Position numbers and translations under genes: made by a program
Source: Acidobacteriota bacterium
GTDB lineage: Bacteria; Acidobacteriota; Blastocatellia; Pyrinomonadales; Pyrinomonadaceae
Direction: 5' to 3'
Length of the DNA: 64,000 nt
Assembly (NCBI GenBank): GCA_031415455.1
Contig: JANORS010000005.1
Location: 134,123 to 198,122, forward strand
Part shown: in pieces, positions 18,926 to 29,227 of the stretch
Numbering within the stretch: position 1 is the stretch's first letter
Layout: each line of letters opens with the position of its first letter
The notes under the pieces: generated by a model
The model's database searches: none
Told to the model about the DNA's origin: nothing
Seen by the model: the letters and a program-made list of their open reading frames with translations, nothing else

Positions 18926-18955
18926 CAAGTGAAATTTTCGTTCCCCTAAAAACAA

Positions 18956-21900
18956 CTATCTCTCAATCTGTCCCAACAGTTCCTTAACCGCCGCATCGAG
19001 TTGTGTATCTTTCCCCGTCAAGCTTTCGCCGATTGGTCGCGTTACCGGAATATCAACTTGCCGCGGATTCAATTCCATGTTTTTTCCATCGCTTCCTAAA
19101 ACTAATTGTCGCGGCAACCTTAGAGAACTTCCGTCAAAAAGTGTGCTTCCCCAAGTGAAAATAATCCAACCGGCAGTTGGTTCGCCGACGACTTTTCCGA
19201 GTTTTAGCGAGCGATAGCCTTCCGTAAAATCTTCCGCGTCAGAAAGAGAATGTTGATTTGTGATAAGAATTGTCGGTCGTTCGAGCGAGCGTTGCCCGAG
19301 TGCGGAACGTGATGGAACTTCCCAAAGTCCGCGTTCTTTCATCGTTAAATATCCGCGACGCGACAAAACATCGATCACATAAGGATTGATAAAACCGCCG
19401 TTATTATTGCGAACGTCAATCACAACTCCTTGTTTTCCTTGGTTTTCCGCGTCTAAATCAACATAAAGCTGATCGAGCGAACCAGACGACATATCTGGAA
19501 TGTGGACATAACCGAGCTTGCCACTACTAATTTTCGCGACATATTCACGGCTTGCTTCAACCCATTGACGATAAAGAAGCTGTTTTTCCACACCTGTGGA
19601 AATCGGCTTGACGATAACATCTTTGCTCGTAGTTCCATCGTTTGAAATTCCCAAAACAACGCGTTTGCCCACTTTGTTAGACAGAAGTTCATCGAGATTG
19701 GTTTTGCCGTCAATTTTTACGCCATCAACTGACAAAAGAAAATCACCAACATTCACCGTTTTTGTTATTGCAATTGGGCTAAGTGTAATGATTTCAGTGA
19801 TTTTCAGGCGACCAGTTGTTTCATATTCATTTCGGTCGAAACGAAGTCCGAGTTTGCCGATTGGTGTTGGCGTAAAACCAGTCGCACCGCCAACTCCGAG
19901 ATGCGAAGCATTTAATTCACCGACCATCAAATTCATAATGCGGCGAACTTCGTCCATCGTTCTTGCACCTTGAATGTATGGTTCGTAAGTTTTTTCTACG
20001 GCATTCCAGTCTGCTCCGTGATATTTTTCATCATAAAAATTATCACGCATATATCGCCAACCTTGTTTGAAAATTTCAATTTTTTCAGTCGCAAAATTCG
20101 CGTTCATCTCAGCATTTATCGAGAGCGGGCGAACATCGCGTTTGTCTAAATTAACAATATTCATTCGTCCATTTTCGAGAAAATAAACCTCTTTGCTGTC
20201 AGGCGAAAATTGCGGATTTGATTTAAACGTCGCGGTCGAAGTTAGCTGACGTGCAGAAGTGTCCGTCGCCAAATCATCAAGCGAAATCGTGTAAAGATTG
20301 AATTGACCTTCAGCAGAAGCAAGCACGAGAAGCGTTTTTCCATCCGGACTAATAGCTTGCTCACCAACATTCAATCCCAGACGCAAAAGGCTCAAACGTT
20401 GCCGAATTCCCTCGAAAACAACTTCAGTCGGCTTGGAATCTTCCTTCTTTTCATCAGGTTTTGCGGCGGGCGAAGCGGCAGGAATAGGCGACGAAGCTGG
20501 CGAAGGTGAAGTTGGTTTTTCTTTCGGATTCTCTTGTTTGAAAAGATCGCGGAAAGAATCTTCCTTAAACTTTGGCGTGCGAAGTTTTAGTTCAATGCGA
20601 GCAATTGCACCGTCTTCAGTTCGTTGCGAAGTGTCAAATAGAATGAACGTCCCATCTGGGCTCCACGAAATTGTTCCGGCGTTTGAATTTGCCAGCGAAC
20701 TGAGAGCCTGAGACTTTCCGCCGATGGCTGGAATCGCGTAAGCGTTTGTGTATGAACGAGTTTCAGGCGAATAGCTGAGATATGCGATCCATTTGCTGTC
20801 GGGCGACCAAGCTAAAAGTCGTCCACCTAGAACCGGCGGTGTGTCTGTAAAAACTTTGCACAATTCCTTCTCTTGCTTTGAATTGACATCGTAAGCCATG
20901 AGCGAACGACCATTGCGAATAAAGACCAGTGTTTTTCCGTCGGGCGAAAAAACAGGTGAAAAATCCTGGTTTTTACCTTTAGTAATTTGTGTCTCGGTTT
21001 CGCTTCCAAAATCGTAATTGAAAAGCTCGAGCGAACCATTTCTTTCTGATGAATAAACGAGTTTTTTACTATCGCCCGACCACGTTACAAAACTTTCCGG
21101 TGCTGCAGAATTTGTGATGCGAACTGCTTCGCCTCCTTCTTTAGTCGAAGCCGCAAAGATTTCACCGCGAGCTAAAATTGCAACTTTTTTGCCGTCCGGT
21201 GAAAGCGAAAATTCGCGGATGTTTGTTGAAAGGTTGGTGCGTTCGCTCGCAGGAATTGTCGACAAACCTCGTAAAGTTATCGCTAATTCAGTTGCTTTTC
21301 CGCCGTCGGCGTTAATTTTCCAAAGTCCAAAATTGCGTTCAAAAACAATTTCCTTGCCATCGTACGAGAGATTTGCCCATAAAACTCTGCCATCGGTAAA
21401 GTTCGTTAATTGTTTGGCTTGACCACCTTTTGGTTGCGACCAAAGGTTTTGCGTTCCGTTTCTGTCGGAAATATAAAACATCTTCGAACCATCTGCAGTT
21501 GCCATCACCCAAAGTTGTTTTGCTCCGCGAGGCGAAATTTGTTCGTATTTATCGCCTGTTTTTGACCAAATTTCGGTTTCGTCGATGTGACTTTTTCCCT
21601 TTCTCCACCATTGTCCGCTCGAAATACCACGGGCAGAAAAAATAATCGAACCGTCATTCAAAGGCATTGACCAAAATTCGCTGGCGTAACGATCAGACGA
21701 AACTTGCATCGGAGTTCCACCATTTGAACTGACGCGAAAAATGTCGTTCATTCCGGCAATGTCTTTGCTGTTTGAGGTGAAATAGAGCCAATTTCCATCA
21801 CGTGACCAAGCATCAAGTTGGTCGTTTGCATCGTCAAAAGTTATTCTCTGCAAATCGTTTGTTTCGAGATTCAAGACGTAAATATCGCCGTTTCCGGTTC

Positions 21901-22144
21901 GATTTGAACCAAATACGAGCCGCTTTCCGTCAGGCGAAAACATCGGTCTAGATTCGTTTGCTGCGTGGGAAACAAGTAGTTGAGCAGCTCCGCCAGTTGC
22001 GGAAACTGACCAAATATCGCCGCCTGAGACAAAAACAATTTCTTTACGGTCTGGCGAAAATGAAGGTTCGGTTAAGTATGATGCGGCAAAAATATTTAGG
22101 GAAAGAAGTACGATGGTAGCGATTACAGAAAAGTGTCGTTTCAT
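18956..22144 (-). CDS. Tricorn-like protease: two TolB/PD40 beta-propellers, PDZ, S41 peptidase domain; secreted
   Basis: 1062 aa. N-terminal signal peptide, many SPDGK/WSPD repeats, a Pro/Ser-rich linker, and a C-terminal PDZ plus S41-like region (VIDVRNNNGG). Confidence 0.8.
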   Translation of the reverse strand: MKRHFSVIATIVLLSLNIFAASYLTEPSFSPDRKEIVFVSGGDIWSVSATGGAAQLLVSHAANESRPMFSPDGKRLVFGSNRTGNGDIYVLNLETNDLQRITFDDANDQLDAWSRDGNWLYFTSNSKDIAGMNDIFRVSSNGGTPMQVSSDRYASEFWSMPLNDGSIIFSARGISSGQWWRKGKSHIDETEIWSKTGDKYEQISPRGAKQLWVMATADGSKMFYISDRNGTQNLWSQPKGGQAKQLTNFTDGRVLWANLSYDGKEIVFERNFGLWKINADGGKATELAITLRGLSTIPASERTNLSTNIREFSLSPDGKKVAILARGEIFAASTKEGGEAVRITNSAAPESFVTWSGDSKKLVYSSERNGSLELFNYDFGSETETQITKGKNQDFSPVFSPDGKTLVFIRNGRSLMAYDVNSKQEKELCKVFTDTPPVLGGRLLAWSPDSKWIAYLSYSPETRSYTNAYAIPAIGGKSQALSSLANSNAGTISWSPDGTFILFDTSQRTEDGAIARIELKLRTPKFKEDSFRDLFKQENPKEKPTSPSPASSPIPAASPAAKPDEKKEDSKPTEVVFEGIRQRLSLLRLGLNVGEQAISPDGKTLLVLASAEGQFNLYTISLDDLATDTSARQLTSTATFKSNPQFSPDSKEVYFLENGRMNIVNLDKRDVRPLSINAEMNANFATEKIEIFKQGWRYMRDNFYDEKYHGADWNAVEKTYEPYIQGARTMDEVRRIMNLMVGELNASHLGVGGATGFTPTPIGKLGLRFDRNEYETTGRLKITEIITLSPIAITKTVNVGDFLLSVDGVKIDGKTNLDELLSNKVGKRVVLGISNDGTTSKDVIVKPISTGVEKQLLYRQWVEASREYVAKISSGKLGYVHIPDMSSGSLDQLYVDLDAENQGKQGVVIDVRNNNGGFINPYVIDVLSRRGYLTMKERGLWEVPSRSALGQRSLERPTILITNQHSLSDAEDFTEGYRSLKLGKVVGEPTAGWIIFTWGSTLFDGSSLRLPRQLVLGSDGKNMELNPRQVDIPVTRPIGESLTGKDTQLDAAVKELLGQIER

Positions 22145-22217
22145 TTCGGGGAAATCCTTTTTTGCTAATTTCTAGTTTTCAGTATTACGGAAAACGTGTA
22201 AAAATGTTTTCAAAATT

Positions 22218-22658
22218 ATGTCACAGAATATTGAACAAACGTATCGCACGCAAATGATTCTTTGGGTTGCGTTTTTGATGTCGCAATTTATTTTTATTGT
22301 GGTGCTTTTTGTTTCAAAGTCCGAGATTTTTAAGTTCGACTTTACAAAGCCGATGTTTGAAGTGATGGCAATTGTGCTTGCATTAGTTGCCATTATCAGT
22401 TTTGCTCTGTCTTTCGTTTATAAAAATAAATATTTAAAACAAGCAATTGAAAAACAAGAAATTCCATTAGTTCAAGAATCGTTGATCATGGCGTTTGCTT
22501 TTTGCGAAGCGATTTGCATTTTCGGGTTAGTTTTGGCTTTTTCTGACTATCAATATTTCTTTGCATGGTTTGTTTTGGGAATTGCCGGAATTCTGATTCA
22601 CATCCCAAAACGCTCGTATTTAATTGACGCAAGTTACCGTAAAGACAGCGTAATTTAA
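22218..22658 (+). CDS. Small integral membrane protein, unknown function
   Basis: 146 aa with about 4 hydrophobic helices. Confidence 0.45.
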   Translation: MSQNIEQTYRTQMILWVAFLMSQFIFIVVLFVSKSEIFKFDFTKPMFEVMAIVLALVAIISFALSFVYKNKYLKQAIEKQEIPLVQESLIMAFAFCEAICIFGLVLAFSDYQYFFAWFVLGIAGILIHIPKRSYLIDASYRKDSVI

Positions 22659-23809
22659 GAATTTTGTTTCAATTGTTTTGGTCGAGTTGAACGAGCTAAA
22701 ATTTCTTGTGCCTTTTTGCTAAAACTCAACGCAGAAATTGCAATTTTCGCAAAATTTGGAACAAAAGCCGCTCGTCTTAGAACTGAACAAACTCTTAATC
22801 TTTGCCGAAATTTTTCATGGTGAAGTTGTTTATAATTTTCGAGTTGGTTTTGCGAAATACACTTCGCAAGAATCTCAGCACTTTCTAACGCCATCAGCAT
22901 TCCGCTTCCGGTAAATGGATCGATAAACGCTCCAGCATCGCCAACAGCAAAAAGATTATCAGTCGGATTTAGGTTTTTTACACCAAATCCGCTGACCGAA
23001 ACCGCCAGCCAATCAAACATTGCAGTCGCGTTTTCGAGTGTTTCTTTTGCACGTTTGTTTTTGAAAATCACTTCATTGACAATTGCATCCGCATTACCGT
23101 TAAACTCTTTAACCAATTGGCTTTGCACAAGAAAACAATGATTAGCAATTTCGTTTTCAACATAATTTAGTCCACCATAACCTCCGCGAAAAAAATAAAT
23201 CTCACACCGATTTTTTTCGAGCGAAACATTACGAAAATGCGATTTGAAACCAACAAGCTGATTTCCATTTTTTATTTTTTCGGTTCTTGATTTGAGTTTG
23301 CTTGCGAGTACACGTGATCTTCCTGTGGCATCAATTATTAAATCGGCAAAAATTTCGCTAGTTTTAGTTTTTACGCCGATTATTTTATCGTGTTCAGTCA
23401 ATAAACCTGAAACCTGAGTTTCTTCAAAAACAGTTACGCCGAGAGATTTTGCACGTTCCAACAGTTTCAAATCCATCTCCGAACGACTCAAGCCGAGAGC
23501 GTTTTCATTAGCACTAAACCATTTACTTGCAATAGTTACGTTTCTCCCATTTGGTTCGTAAAAGATAGTTTTTGAAATTGATTCGCCGTTGCTTGAAAGC
23601 ATTTGGTTTAGCACGCCGAGTTCTGCAAAATGCGGCAAACATTCGGGCGAAATAAATTCTCCGCACAATTTATGTCGCGGAAATTTCTCTTTTTCAATCA
23701 AAACTACATCAAAATTTTGCAAAGCTAAACGAATTGCGAGGCTCGTTCCAGCTGGTCCGGCACCAACGATGACTATTTTTGATTTTGGATTTGTGATTTT
23801 GGATTGCAT
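22655..23809 (-). CDS. FAD-dependent oxidoreductase (geranylgeranyl reductase-like family)
   Basis: Dinucleotide fold IVGAGPAGTSLAIRLA and the GDAGAFIDPFTGSGM motif. Confidence 0.75.
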   Translation of the reverse strand: MQSKITNPKSKIVIVGAGPAGTSLAIRLALQNFDVVLIEKEKFPRHKLCGEFISPECLPHFAELGVLNQMLSSNGESISKTIFYEPNGRNVTIASKWFSANENALGLSRSEMDLKLLERAKSLGVTVFEETQVSGLLTEHDKIIGVKTKTSEIFADLIIDATGRSRVLASKLKSRTEKIKNGNQLVGFKSHFRNVSLEKNRCEIYFFRGGYGGLNYVENEIANHCFLVQSQLVKEFNGNADAIVNEVIFKNKRAKETLENATAMFDWLAVSVSGFGVKNLNPTDNLFAVGDAGAFIDPFTGSGMLMALESAEILAKCISQNQLENYKQLHHEKFRQRLRVCSVLRRAAFVPNFAKIAISALSFSKKAQEILARSTRPKQLKQNS

Positions 23810-23833
23810 AACTTTAGGTTATTATACATTTTT

Positions 23834-24790
23834 ATGAAGATTATTCCGCTTTCAATTCCTACGCCTTTTTACGTTGGCGAAGTAAATGTTTATCTCATCA
23901 AAGAAACACCTCTGACGTTGATAGATGTTGGTCCAAAAACAAAAGAAGCGACTGAAGTTTTGCGTCGAAAATTGCGACAAAATGGAGTGGAATTTGCAGA
24001 TATTGAGCGAATTGTTTTGACACATGCTCACGAAGATCATTGCGGACTCGCAAAACAAGTTCGTGATGAAGCAAAAAATGCCACAATTTTTGTTCACGAA
24101 TGGGAAACAGGACATCTTTTTGGCAGACTTTCTCAAGATGAACATCGCAATTTAATGCTGCGTTCAGGAGTTCCAAATAGTGTTTTTAGCGAACTGCAAG
24201 AAATGTATGAAGAAATAAGTTTGCTGACAGATTCTTTGGTCGAAGGCGAATTTGAATTGTTGCACGATGGCATGGAAATTGAGTTTAATTCGGGAAGTTT
24301 GAAGGTTTTACACACGCCAGGACACACGCCAGGAAGTTGTAGTTTTGTCCGCGAAGCTAATCGGACATTGATTTGTGGTGATTGTGTTTTGAAGCGAATT
24401 ACGCCGAATCCGATGCTTTCGCCTGACCCAATAAATCCTAAAAATCGTTTTGCTTCTTTGGCGGAATATTTAGTTAGTTTAGCGAGAATTCGTTCGTTTT
24501 CTCCAACGTTAGTTTACGGCGGACACGGCGAACCAGTAACTGATTTCGAGGAGATTTTTAATCGCTATGTTCGTGCAATTGACGATCGGCAAAGGAAAGT
24601 TATTAATCTTGTATCTGTAAGCGGAATAACAGCTTATGAAGTTGCACAAAGGCTATTTCCTGATTCAATAAATCATAATGTTCATCGATTTTTGGCGATT
24701 TCCGAAGCAATTGCACATCTCGATTATGCAGAATCTGAAGGCAGAATCGGTTTGGAAATTGCCGATGGAATTGAGTTTTATCGAAAATAA
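23834..24790 (+). CDS. MBL-fold metallo-hydrolase
   Basis: HAHEDHCG (HxHxDH) and a downstream HTPGHTPGS. ATG 23834 is preferred over the TTG at 23804, which overlaps the divergent gene. Confidence 0.8.
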   Translation: MKIIPLSIPTPFYVGEVNVYLIKETPLTLIDVGPKTKEATEVLRRKLRQNGVEFADIERIVLTHAHEDHCGLAKQVRDEAKNATIFVHEWETGHLFGRLSQDEHRNLMLRSGVPNSVFSELQEMYEEISLLTDSLVEGEFELLHDGMEIEFNSGSLKVLHTPGHTPGSCSFVREANRTLICGDCVLKRITPNPMLSPDPINPKNRFASLAEYLVSLARIRSFSPTLVYGGHGEPVTDFEEIFNRYVRAIDDRQRKVINLVSVSGITAYEVAQRLFPDSINHNVHRFLAISEAIAHLDYAESEGRIGLEIADGIEFYRK

Positions 24791-24851
24791 AATTGCTTGG
24801 ACATTGTTTTTGCACAACTTTTTCAGCAAGTATAGAATCTACTAATAAAAT

Positions 24852-25799
24852 ATGAAATATCTATTTACAACTTTCGCAATATTGGCATTTTCTGTGAGTG
24901 TGTTCTCACAAGAACTTAATCTTGAAAGTTTTTTAGAAAAAGCTGAAAAATCTTCAAAAACATACGTTGAAACTTTTAAAAACTTAATTGCTGAAGAATC
25001 TAAATCAATCACAAAATTTAAGAAAAATGGTGATGTTGACGATTTGCGAATTATAAAATCAAATTTTATTGTCTATCAATCATTAAAAGATGAAAAATTT
25101 AGTGAGTTTCGGACAGTTTTTGAATTTAACGGAAAAAACGTTTCTGAAAATGATGAAGACGTTGTCAAGTTTTTTCAAAAACTAGAAACTTCGGAAAATA
25201 GCGAAGAAGAATTTAAGAAAGTTAAAAAGCAAAGTCAGCGATTTGATGGAAAATATTTGGTTTGGGGAATGACTCTCGGGCAAGATTTCTTATTGCGTTC
25301 TAACGTGAGAAAGATTTTTGAATATAAACTTCTCGGCAAAGAAAAATATAACGACAGAGAAGTATATGTTATTGAATATCGGCAAAAAATATATTCAAAT
25401 TACATCATGGTAAATCCGACAAAAACGGAAGAAAAAGCGAGCAACGGATTTCAATATGACACATTTATGTCTGATGATTTTCTCCCAACAAATCCGCGAC
25501 TCAATGGAAAAATGTTGCTTGATGCAGAAACTGGACAAATGTGGAAAAATGAATATGAAGTTGAAATTAAACCAAATAGTGTTGAAAAACCAATAGTTAC
25601 AAATCAAAGTTCTTACGAATATCAAGCAAGTAAGTTTGGCATTTTAGTTCCAAAATCAATTGTAATTACTTCGTTTCAGATTTTTGGAAAACCAACAAAA
25701 TCTTTTTTAGTCGCAAAGTTAGCAACAATGAAGGCGGAATATTCAAAATTTAGCAGTTTAGATTCTGAAGTAAAAGATTATATTGTGGATAAAAATTAG
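24852..25799 (+). CDS. Secreted hypothetical protein
   Basis: 315 aa with a signal peptide (AFSVSVFSQ). No motif recognised. Confidence 0.45.
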   Translation: MKYLFTTFAILAFSVSVFSQELNLESFLEKAEKSSKTYVETFKNLIAEESKSITKFKKNGDVDDLRIIKSNFIVYQSLKDEKFSEFRTVFEFNGKNVSENDEDVVKFFQKLETSENSEEEFKKVKKQSQRFDGKYLVWGMTLGQDFLLRSNVRKIFEYKLLGKEKYNDREVYVIEYRQKIYSNYIMVNPTKTEEKASNGFQYDTFMSDDFLPTNPRLNGKMLLDAETGQMWKNEYEVEIKPNSVEKPIVTNQSSYEYQASKFGILVPKSIVITSFQIFGKPTKSFLVAKLATMKAEYSKFSSLDSEVKDYIVDKN

Positions 25800-25880
25800 T
25801 TAATCAGAACCGAGATCGATAGCGAATGGGCAATAAAAGAAAGAAGAATAAAGAGCCAAGTCGCTATCGCTAACTTGCTC

Positions 25881-27386
25881 TTATGTTGGCAGATTTAAAA
25901 TAAATTTCGTTCCTTCTCCAATTTTTGATTCAACTTCAATTGTTCCGTTGTGGTCATCAACAATTTTTTTCACAATCGCCAAACCTAACCCTGTTCCTGT
26001 TTCTTTCGTCGAAAAATATGGTTCGAAGATTTTTGAAAGATTTTCAGCCGAAATTCCGCAACCTGTGTCTGAAATTTCTATTGAAGCAAAGTTTTGGTTT
26101 CTTTTAATTACCGTAGAAATTTGACCCGAATTAGCTTCGAAAGATTGCATCGCATTAATAAAAAGATTGTTAAAAACCGAACGCAAAACCTCAGAATCAC
26201 CAATTACTTGTGGCATTTCAGGCTCTTCCGAAACGAGCAAATTAATTTTTTGATCAGCCGCTTGGGCTTCAATAATCCGCAAAGAATCGTTTACTAATTC
26301 ACGAATTTCAATCGGTTTAAGTTCTAATTTTATTGGTCTCGAATATCGCAAAAAATCGCTGATTTGATTGTTAATTCTGCCAACTTCAGTTTTAAGTTGT
26401 GAAGTTAAGCGTTCAAAAGTTTCACGTTTTGAGTCATCTTCAGGGACAAATTTTGCACGCAAATGATCGAGCGTAAGATTAATATAATTTAACGGATTTC
26501 TAATTTCGTGAGCAATTGCTGAAGCAAGTCTGCCAACAACAGCAGATTTTTCAGTCTCTTGGAGTTTAAGTTCAAGCTCGCGTGTGGTTTCAAGCCGAGC
26601 AGTCATTTCATTAAAATGAAGAGCAAGTTTGCCCATTTCATCTGTGTTTCTCTCAAGCGGAACTCGAACATTAAGATTTCCGAGAGCAACATTTCGTGCC
26701 GCTTCAGAAAGTTTTGCAATAGGACTTGTAAATCGCCAAACGAGCAAAATAGTAATTAATGAAGAAACTAGCAAAACAGCTAATGTGTAAACCAAAGGTT
26801 GAGCCGCTCGCCAAGTTGCCTCACTCTTGTTGGCTTTTAAAACAACCATTACATACCAGCGACCGCGACTTGTTTGAATTGGAATAGCGTGAGATTCGCC
26901 GTTTGTTTCAGTCTCTACTTTTTCGCGTTGCTCTTCAGTCAATATTCTTGCATTTGGAAATTTTATACGATCTGCACCAAAACGTTCCGCGTCCATTAAT
27001 GGCGGCAAGTCTTTTATTTCTGATATTTTAAGATAAACAAGGTCTTGCTCATCATTTTTTTGCGGCAGATAATTCTGGTTGTTAAAACTGTCTTCAATTT
27101 CCCATTCTTCGTTAATTATTATTATGTCTTTGAGTCGCTCTTTGATATTTTCGTCAACAAAAGGCAACGTTCCTTTTTCATTTAACTGAGCAAATGTGTC
27201 ACTCGAAACCATTTTAGCAACGCCTAAAGTTATTCCCGCAACAAGAGTTTGTTCTTGAAGTTTACGAAGCCTTTTATTCTCAGCTTCCATTTGATAATTA
27301 AGAAAAAATTGCACTCCAAGAGTAACTATCAAAAGAATGGCAAGAATTACCAATAATCTGCCGCGAAATGTGTTGAAAAAACTCAT
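25881..27386 (-). CDS. Membrane sensor histidine kinase (HAMP, HisKA, HATPase; NtrB/AtoS-like), orphan
   Basis: Two TM helices, HAMP, H-box AHEIRNPLN, G-boxes DTGCGI and GTGLGLAI. No adjacent response regulator. Confidence 0.85.
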   Translation of the reverse strand: MSFFNTFRGRLLVILAILLIVTLGVQFFLNYQMEAENKRLRKLQEQTLVAGITLGVAKMVSSDTFAQLNEKGTLPFVDENIKERLKDIIIINEEWEIEDSFNNQNYLPQKNDEQDLVYLKISEIKDLPPLMDAERFGADRIKFPNARILTEEQREKVETETNGESHAIPIQTSRGRWYVMVVLKANKSEATWRAAQPLVYTLAVLLVSSLITILLVWRFTSPIAKLSEAARNVALGNLNVRVPLERNTDEMGKLALHFNEMTARLETTRELELKLQETEKSAVVGRLASAIAHEIRNPLNYINLTLDHLRAKFVPEDDSKRETFERLTSQLKTEVGRINNQISDFLRYSRPIKLELKPIEIRELVNDSLRIIEAQAADQKINLLVSEEPEMPQVIGDSEVLRSVFNNLFINAMQSFEANSGQISTVIKRNQNFASIEISDTGCGISAENLSKIFEPYFSTKETGTGLGLAIVKKIVDDHNGTIEVESKIGEGTKFILNLPT

Positions 27387-27523
27387 GCTTATTGTTGATG
27401 CGTTTGCCGTCTTTTTAGTTAAGTGTTATATTCTTTCATTATTTAGAGCAGTTTATTTCTAAAAAAAGCGTCACAAATTTAATAAAATTTTTTGATTTCC
27501 CCTTCCATTTTTTCGAAATTATA

Positions 27524-29023
27524 ATGAAGATTATTTTGAATTACAAAAAAAATCATTTGGAAAGTTACGCCTTATCGCAATCGGTAAGTTGGATTGTCGT
27601 TTCTGCCTTTAAAGTTTGCTTGATATTTGGATTATGTGCAATTTGTTTGAACGCACAAACAAAAACCGTCAAGACAGATAAAAAAGGAAATCCAAAATCA
27701 ACTGACAAAACAGTTGCTAAAAAACCAATTATTGCGAAAGAAAAATCAAACAATGTCTCAAAAAAAATCATAAGTGCTAAAAAAAATGAACGCACAGCTG
27801 AAAAAATCTTCAATAAAAACGATGAATTTTTTCGTCAGGAAACCGTTTCAAATATTTCGCAAGACGAATTTGAAAACGAAGATTTAGAAGTTAGAAGAAT
27901 AGCTGTTCAAGCACTCGGCAACAACGCTGGAACAATTGTAGTTTTAGAACCAACCACCGGACAAATTTTATCGATCGTTAATCAAACTTGGGCATTTCGA
28001 AGAAGTTTCAAGCCTTGTTCAACCATAAAATTAGTAACCGGAATTGCTGGCTTGAAGGCTAATGTTATTAATAGCGAAGGGAAGATTCGCCACAGTTTTT
28101 TCCCTTTAGACTTAACTAATTCGTTGGCTTATTCGAATAACAGTTATTTTCAAGCAGTTGGGGCAAGTATTGGACATGCAAAAATGGTTGCAACAGCTCG
28201 TGAACTTGGTTTTGGTGATACAACCGGAATAAATGCTGAGGGCGAAGTTAGCGGAAAACTTCCTGATTTTAAATTTGGGAGCGAAATTTATCGACAATAT
28301 TCGCACGGTGATGATTTTGAGGTAACAGCTTTGCAGTTAGCAGTTTTGGTTTCGACAATTACAAACGGCGGGAAACCGATTATTCCTAAAATTCAAAAAA
28401 TAAACACTGAAAACGCTTCATCAATAAAAACTTACCGACGTGAATTAAGTCTGAAATCTGAAATTTTTCAACGAGTTATTCCGGGAATGATTGGAGCTGT
28501 AAATTTCGGAACGGCTCAAAGTTCTTATGATGTTTCTGCAAATATTGTCGGAAAAACAGGTTCTTGTATTGAAGATGGAAATTGGCTTGGGCTTTTTGCC
28601 TCAGCTTCGTCAGCGGTAAATCCGAAACTTGCGGTTGTGGTTATCACAAAAGGTTCGGACGCACGAGGGAAAATTGCGGCGGAAATTGCCAGAAAAATAT
28701 ACAGCAATTTAAGAAATAGGTTTAATGGAAATGAGTTGGTTGCGGGTAATATGCAGCCAGTTACGCGAATTTCTGTTCAAAACTCAATTGATTTAGACAA
28801 AGCAAAAAGCGAAGATTCTGACGATCTTGGATACTTTTCAGGTGTTGCCAGTTCGCGAAAAATAAGAACTGTTAATGGCACTAAAGATATTGATAATAAA
28901 GAGTTTGGTGAATCTTCAAAAACAATTATTGCACCAAAAACATCCGTTTATGATCCGCCGGTTCAAATTAATCCAAACATTATTCGTCCGCGTATTGTGA
29001 GCGTAAAAAACAAAATTAACTAA
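27524..29023 (+). CDS. Penicillin-binding transpeptidase-domain protein with a short N-terminal module
   Basis: SxxK (CSTIK), SxN (SNN) and KTG (GKTGS) motifs in the right order. One TM helix plus a Lys-rich region. The start is uncertain because ATG 27524 overlaps a TATAAT-like hexamer. Confidence 0.7.
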   Translation: MKIILNYKKNHLESYALSQSVSWIVVSAFKVCLIFGLCAICLNAQTKTVKTDKKGNPKSTDKTVAKKPIIAKEKSNNVSKKIISAKKNERTAEKIFNKNDEFFRQETVSNISQDEFENEDLEVRRIAVQALGNNAGTIVVLEPTTGQILSIVNQTWAFRRSFKPCSTIKLVTGIAGLKANVINSEGKIRHSFFPLDLTNSLAYSNNSYFQAVGASIGHAKMVATARELGFGDTTGINAEGEVSGKLPDFKFGSEIYRQYSHGDDFEVTALQLAVLVSTITNGGKPIIPKIQKINTENASSIKTYRRELSLKSEIFQRVIPGMIGAVNFGTAQSSYDVSANIVGKTGSCIEDGNWLGLFASASSAVNPKLAVVVITKGSDARGKIAAEIARKIYSNLRNRFNGNELVAGNMQPVTRISVQNSIDLDKAKSEDSDDLGYFSGVASSRKIRTVNGTKDIDNKEFGESSKTIIAPKTSVYDPPVQINPNIIRPRIVSVKNKIN

Positions 29024-29227
29024 CTTTAACTTGACACTAAACTCTAATTTACGTGATTATTTTCTATTAAATAGATTATTTATTTCTAATAAAAAAGCGA
29101 ATCTTAAATAAATAAATCACCATAAAATGGCAACTTATTTTATATACAAAACATCTGAGATTTCGCTATAACGGAAGTTTAAAAAAATCCGTCTAGTTTT
29201 ATTGAAATGCTTGGAGGAAAAAACAAC

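Noticed and set aside
18743-18955. A 70-aa ORF directly following (in frame with) the TAG stop of the tricorn-like gene. It could be read as a read-through extension.
   Set aside because: The translation is hydrophobic and low-complexity. It lies on the IS-end relic and starts with TTG. There is no similarity to protease C-termini.
19453-21645. Several 68-125-aa ORFs on both strands inside the tricorn-like protease gene.
   Set aside because: All are nested in a 1062-aa ORF with consistent domain architecture. They are alternative-frame artefacts.
25817-25869. Inverted repeat CGATAGCGA ... TCGCTATCG between two convergent genes, considered as a terminator or small RNA.
   Set aside because: The 9-bp stem has a 35-nt loop and no flanking U-tract on either strand. 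That is too weak to call. It may still act as a bidirectional transcription or processing signal.
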